DNA from: Sphingomonadales bacterium | Lineage (GTDB): Bacteria > Pseudomonadota > Alphaproteobacteria > Sphingomonadales > Sphingomonadaceae | NCBI GenBank assembly: GCA_038208825.1 | Contig: JBBQYI010000003.1 | Location: forward strand, 1,390-65,389 | DNA length: 64,000 nucleotides | Direction of reading: 5' to 3' | Shown here: piece by piece, positions 60,039 to 64,000 of the stretch | Layout: the number at the start of each line of letters is the position of its first letter | How positions within the stretch are numbered: the stretch's first letter is position 1 | Notes under the pieces: model-generated | Databases searched by the model: none | The model's input: only the letters and a program-made list of their open reading frames with translations | Told to the model about the DNA's origin: nothing | Made by a program: the position numbers and the translations under genes

Positions 60039-60872
60039 TCACGTCATGCTTTCCGGGTCGAAATTGATGATCGCCGATTTCCACAGGTCATACATGTCGG
60101 CGGGCAGTTTCAATGGCGAACAACGCAGCACGGCGCGGCGCGCGGTTTCGGCAAAGGCGCGGGCGTAATCACCGTTGCCGGCGGTTACCCCGGTTTGCGA
60201 CACGACCGACGGCACCCCGATCAACCGCCCGTCGCGGCCGAAATCGGCGCGGATCAGCACTGTCATCTTGCGGACATCGGCGCCGCCGATAGGTGGGTTC
60301 CAGCAGGGCGCAACCTGGGATTTGATCGCCTGTGCCAGCGTGGCGGCGGCACGCGGATCGATGGTGGCGTTCTTTGGCTGGGCGGCGGCGATGCTTTTGG
60401 CCAGCGACGATGTATCGAGCGGCTTTGTCTTTGATTTGGGCAGCGCCTTGTCGATCAAATTGCTGAGCGTCGACATGTCGAGCGGTTTTGATTCGGGCTT
60501 GGCCTTTTCCGGCTTGGGCTTTTCGGGCGGTTCCGGCTTTTTGTCGGGCAAGGGCACGGCATCGGTGGGCGTTGGCGGTGCGGTGTCGGGTTGCGGCGGG
60601 GCTGGTTCAGCGGGGGCCGTGGTTTCCTGCGGGGCGGCCTTGATCGATGGCTTTGGCGCTTCGGTGACGCGCGGCGCATCGGCGATGTCGACAAACTCGA
60701 CCGGTACCATTTCATCGGCGGGAGCCAGCGAGTGCTGGCTCCACTGCCAGCCGAGGCTGAGCGCGGCCAGCAGCAGGACGTGCGCGAGCAGCGCGATGCC
60801 GACGGCGCGCGCCTCCGATGGCGATTCCTGCCGCGCCATGGCGCCTAGCCGATCGGGCGTAATCACGGTCAA
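60039..60872 (-). CDS. tolA: TolA cell-envelope integrity protein (start uncertain)
   Basis: N-terminal TM with His (LLAHVLL), Pro/Lys-rich linker and C-terminal CWNPP...AVLRCSP..LP...W. Lies between tolR and tolB. Confidence 0.85.
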   Translation of the reverse strand: MTVITPDRLGAMARQESPSEARAVGIALLAHVLLLAALSLGWQWSQHSLAPADEMVPVEFVDIADAPRVTEAPKPSIKAAPQETTAPAEPAPPQPDTAPPTPTDAVPLPDKKPEPPEKPKPEKAKPESKPLDMSTLSNLIDKALPKSKTKPLDTSSLAKSIAAAQPKNATIDPRAAATLAQAIKSQVAPCWNPPIGGADVRKMTVLIRADFGRDGRLIGVPSVVSQTGVTAGNGDYARAFAETARRAVLRCSPLKLPADMYDLWKSAIINFDPESMT

Positions 60873-60890
60873 GGAGCGCGGCCCATCCGG

Positions 60891-61349
60891 TCAGGGTGTC
60901 TTGTCTGCGGCGGCGCGTGCCGGGGCGCGGCTGTCGGATACCAGCGCAACCTTGCGGAAACCCGCAGCCGATACTTCGCCGACGATTTCCATCACCCGGC
61001 CATAATCGAGCCGGCGATCGGCGCGGACATAGACGCGGGGTTCGTCGCCGGCGCCCGAACGCGCCTCGCGGATGGCGCTCATCTTGGTCGCCAGCCCGGC
61101 GGCGGGGATCGCCTGTTTGTCGATGAACACCTGGCCGCTGGCATCGATGCTGACCTGGATCGGCGCTTCATCCGATTTCAGCGCCTTTGCCTTGCTGTCG
61201 GGCAGGTCGATCGGCACGCCGGTGACGAGCAGCGGCGCCGTCACCATGAAGATGATCAGCAGCACGAGCATCACATCGACCATCGGCGTGATGTTGATAT
61301 CCGCCATCGGCTGCCGGCGGCCGTGGCGTTTGGGGGAGCCCATGGCCAT
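60891..61349 (-). CDS. tolR: TolR
   Basis: DINITPMVDVMLVLLIIFMVTAP and VRADRRLDYG. Confidence 0.95.
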   Translation of the reverse strand: MAMGSPKRHGRRQPMADINITPMVDVMLVLLIIFMVTAPLLVTGVPIDLPDSKAKALKSDEAPIQVSIDASGQVFIDKQAIPAAGLATKMSAIREARSGAGDEPRVYVRADRRLDYGRVMEIVGEVSAAGFRKVALVSDSRAPARAAADKTP

Positions 61350-61352
61350 CGG

Positions 61353-62048
61353 CTATTTTTCCTCCATGCCATCGAGCTGGCGCGACAGCAGGCCCTGGAA
61401 TTCTTCGGCAAAGGCGTTCAGCCGCGCTTCGAGGCGGCCGACATTGTGCAACAGCCGGTTGTAGCCGATCACCGCCGGGATGGCCGCGAACAGCCCGATG
61501 GCGGTGGCGAACAGCGCCTCGGCAATGCCCGGCGCCACCACGGCGAGCGTGGTGTTCTGCGAGGCGGCGATCGAAGTGAAGCTGCGCATGATGCCCCAGA
61601 CGGTGCCGAACAGGCCGACAAAGGGGGCAACGGCGCCGATGGTGGCGAGAATGTTGAGCTTGTCGCCCAGATCATCGATTTCGCGGGCGATGCTGACCTG
61701 GGTGACCGATGCCAGCCGGGCACGGACGCCTTCACGATCGATGCGGCCGCGCGCCAGGCTGCGACGCCATTCGTTCATCCCGGCGACGAACATGCGGGCG
61801 CTGGGGTGCTTGGCCTTGGCGGCGGGATCATAAAGCGCATCGAGGCTTTCGGCCTTCCAGAACCATTCTTCGAACTGTTTGGCCTGATTGTTGATCGCCT
61901 TCAGCAGGCGCGAGCGTTCAAAGATGATCGCCCAGGACCAGACGCTGGCGGCGAGCAGCCCCAGCATGACGAGTTTGACGACGATATCGGCCTCGATGAA
62001 CAGCGCCCAGGGGCTGAGATCGGCGGCGGCTTTGGTGATGGGATCCAT
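61353..62048 (-). CDS. tolQ: TolQ
   Basis: LATIGAVAPFVGLFGTVWGIM and VAPGIAEALFATAIGLFAAIPAV. Confidence 0.96.
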   Translation of the reverse strand: MDPITKAAADLSPWALFIEADIVVKLVMLGLLAASVWSWAIIFERSRLLKAINNQAKQFEEWFWKAESLDALYDPAAKAKHPSARMFVAGMNEWRRSLARGRIDREGVRARLASVTQVSIAREIDDLGDKLNILATIGAVAPFVGLFGTVWGIMRSFTSIAASQNTTLAVVAPGIAEALFATAIGLFAAIPAVIGYNRLLHNVGRLEARLNAFAEEFQGLLSRQLDGMEEK

Positions 62049-62524
62049 TATTGAACAGCGGCCTGTTGCATGAGGAGGGTAAAGCGATCGTGCCACAGCT
62101 TCGATTGGCGGCGCGGGCGGCCTTCCATATCGAGAAACGCGGCGGTGACGGTGGCGGCGCAAAGCAGTTGGTCGCCGCGCATCACGTCATGGACGAGGCA
62201 GGTGGCGGCGGCGCGGACCTTGGTGACATGGGTGACAACGGTCAATTCGTCATCGAGCCGGGCCGGGCGGTGCCAAATGATCTTCATTTCATGGACGGCA
62301 TAATAACCGGTGTCGGCGGCCATCATCTCGGTGTGGATGACGCCGGACAGGCGCAGCATTTCGGTGCGGGCGCGCTCCATATAGCGCAAATAATTGGCGT
62401 GATAGACGATGCCCGTCAGGTCCGTGTCCTCGAAATAGACGCGGACCGGCAGGTGATGAAAACCGCGCTCGATTCGGCCCTGGGTGGGCAGGTCGGCGGG
62501 TATCGGGGGCAGGGGGGCTGTCAC
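62048..62524 (-). CDS. ybgC: Tol-Pal-associated acyl-CoA thioesterase YbgC
   Basis: RVYFEDTDLTGIVYHANYLRYMERARTE, coupled to tolQ. GTG start inferred. Confidence 0.92.
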   Translation of the reverse strand: MTAPLPPIPADLPTQGRIERGFHHLPVRVYFEDTDLTGIVYHANYLRYMERARTEMLRLSGVIHTEMMAADTGYYAVHEMKIIWHRPARLDDELTVVTHVTKVRAAATCLVHDVMRGDQLLCAATVTAAFLDMEGRPRRQSKLWHDRFTLLMQQAAVQ

Positions 62525-62637
62525 GCGGACCCTCTTAGGGGACAGAGCCGGGAGGGGGAAGCGCGGTTGGGCGTGTGATGGGCACGGGTGGGGTGTTTTG
62601 GGGGTTGGCCAGCTTCGAGGGGTGCTACACAAGCGAA

Positions 62638-62660
62638 AGGCGCGGGCAAAGCTCGCGCCT
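62638..62660 (-). terminator. Hairpin downstream of rplS, possible terminator
   Basis: Minus strand AGGCGCGAGC-TTT-GCCCGCGCCT followed by TTCGCTTG, a weak U-tract. Confidence 0.4.
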
Positions 62661-62755
62661 GCGTCGAACGGGTTCGGCGGGGGTAACCCGCCGCCCCGCC
62701 GGCCGTGCTTGCGCGACTCCTTACGCTGCCATGCTGCGCAAGGGCGCGCTGCGTA

Positions 62756-63124
62756 TTACACGCGTGGCAACCGCTTCTCAACGATACGCGCCGATTTGCC
62801 CGAGCGGCCACGCAAATAATAAAGCTTGGCGCGCCGAACGATACCGCGGCGGACAACCTCGATGGCTTCGATGCTGGGGGAATAAAGCGGGAAGACACGT
62901 TCCACGCCTTCGCCGAAGCTGATTTTACGTACCGTGAACGAAGAACCCATTCCGCAGTTGGAACGGGCGATGCAGACGCCTTCGTAATTCTGGACGCGGG
63001 TGCGTTCGCCTTCGACGACGCGCACACCGACGCGCAGCGTGTCACCGGCGCGGAACTGGGGGATGGCGCGCTTTGCAACGGCCTTTGCAATGTTTTCAGC
63101 TTCGATCGTCTGGATGAGATTCAT
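62756..63124 (-). CDS. rplS: 50S ribosomal protein L19
   Basis: [10 protein letters not shown]...FRAGDT...[21 protein letters not shown]...RRAKLYYLR. Confidence 0.97.
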   Translation of the reverse strand: MNLIQTIEAENIAKAVAKRAIPQFRAGDTLRVGVRVVEGERTRVQNYEGVCIARSNCGMGSSFTVRKISFGEGVERVFPLYSPSIEAIEVVRRGIVRRAKLYYLRGRSGKSARIVEKRLPRV

Positions 63125-63125
63125 C

Positions 63126-63872
63126 TCATTCCTCCTTTTTCTGTTGTCGCGCGCCAGAGGGCGACTGATCCGCGGCGTCGGTATGACGCTGCCAAAGATC
63201 GGGCCGCCGTGACCGTGTGTCCTGTTCGGACCGCGCCAACCGCCATGCGGCGATTTTCGCGTGATCCCCCGATCGCAACACTTCGGGGATCGCAAGGCCT
63301 TCCCATATGGGGGGCCTTGTATAGTGCGGGTGTTCGAGCAGCCCCGTTTCGAAGCTTTCGTCCACACCACTCAAGGGCGCGCCCATTACACCGGGCAGCA
63401 GCCTTACGCAAGCATCGAGAAGCACGGTGGCGGCAAGCTCGCCGCCGGACAGGATATAATCGCCGATACTGACCTGTTCGATGGCGCGGGCTTCGAACAA
63501 TCGCTCGTCGAAACCTTCGAAGCGGCCGCAGAGCAGGGTGACGCCTGGGCCCGCCGCCAGATCACGCACCCTCGCCTGGGTGAGCGGTGCGCCGCGCGGG
63601 GTGAGGGCGATGACCGGTGTGCTATTCGCGACGCCATCCAGCGCAGCCGCAACGACATCGGCGCGCAGCACCATACCCGGCCCGCCGCCCGCTGGCGTAT
63701 CATCGACGCTGCGGTGCTTGTCGGTGGCAAAATCGCGGATGTTGCGGGCTTCACAGGACCATAAGCCATTGGCAAGCGCCCGCCCGGCAAGGCTTTGTCC
63801 GAGAGTGCCGGGGAACATTTCCGGGTAAAGGGTGAGGATGGTGGCGACCCAGCCCGCGGTCGGAGAGGTCAC
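63126..63872 (-). CDS. trmD: tRNA (guanine37-N1)-methyltransferase
   Basis: [44 protein letters not shown] and YTRP. Confidence 0.97.
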   Translation of the reverse strand: MTSPTAGWVATILTLYPEMFPGTLGQSLAGRALANGLWSCEARNIRDFATDKHRSVDDTPAGGGPGMVLRADVVAAALDGVANSTPVIALTPRGAPLTQARVRDLAAGPGVTLLCGRFEGFDERLFEARAIEQVSIGDYILSGGELAATVLLDACVRLLPGVMGAPLSGVDESFETGLLEHPHYTRPPIWEGLAIPEVLRSGDHAKIAAWRLARSEQDTRSRRPDLWQRHTDAADQSPSGARQQKKEE

Positions 63873-63873
63873 T

Positions 63874-64000
63874 TCAGACCAGCCACTCGGGATCGACAAC
63901 GACGCTTTCGCCAACCGACGGGACCGCCGGCGGGCGGAAGGGGACCATGCTGGTCTTGCCGTCCGGCAGGGTGATTTCCAATATGTCGCCGGCGTTGTAG
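63874..64000 (-). CDS. rimM: Ribosome maturation factor RimM, C-terminal part
   Basis: Manual translation gives ...[41 protein letters not shown], directly upstream of trmD. Confidence 0.88.
   Translation of the reverse strand, partial: YNAGDILEITLPDGKTSMVPFRPPAVPSVGESVVVDPEWLV

Overview
A GC-rich alphaproteobacterial chromosomal segment. Gene content and order (rluD-rpoH-mtgA, class II DAHP synthase, Tol-Pal, rimM-trmD-rplS) suggest Sphingomonadales, which is an inference. Housekeeping loci include rpoH, dnaX-ybaB, gor, sppA, yajC-secD-secF, fmt-truA, ybgC-tolQRAB-pal, rimM-trmD-rplS, tRNA-Glu(CTC) and tRNA-Met(CAT). Metabolic genes include phhA, glcDEF, a PQQ quinohemoprotein dehydrogenase, an exported flavin amino-acid oxidase with a cytochrome c, acyl-CoA enzymes and a carotenoid oxygenase. 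A copper cluster abuts tRNA-Glu: a TolC-like lipoprotein, a Tat multicopper oxidase, a Met/His-rich periplasmic protein, a membrane protein, cueR and a CopA ATPase. The most notable oddities are a CusA/CzcA relic with two clean in-frame internal deletions, a translationally coupled JAB-isopeptidase/cold-shock/LysE operon, Met/His repeats shared by three consecutive copper genes, an ASCH-like gene behind dinB, an orphan FixL-type kinase, two small membrane-protein ORFs that annotation would likely miss, and a palindromic intergenic repeat present twice. I saw no CRISPR array, integrase, transposase, prophage or rRNA. All protein calls come from motif recognition by eye, not database searches.
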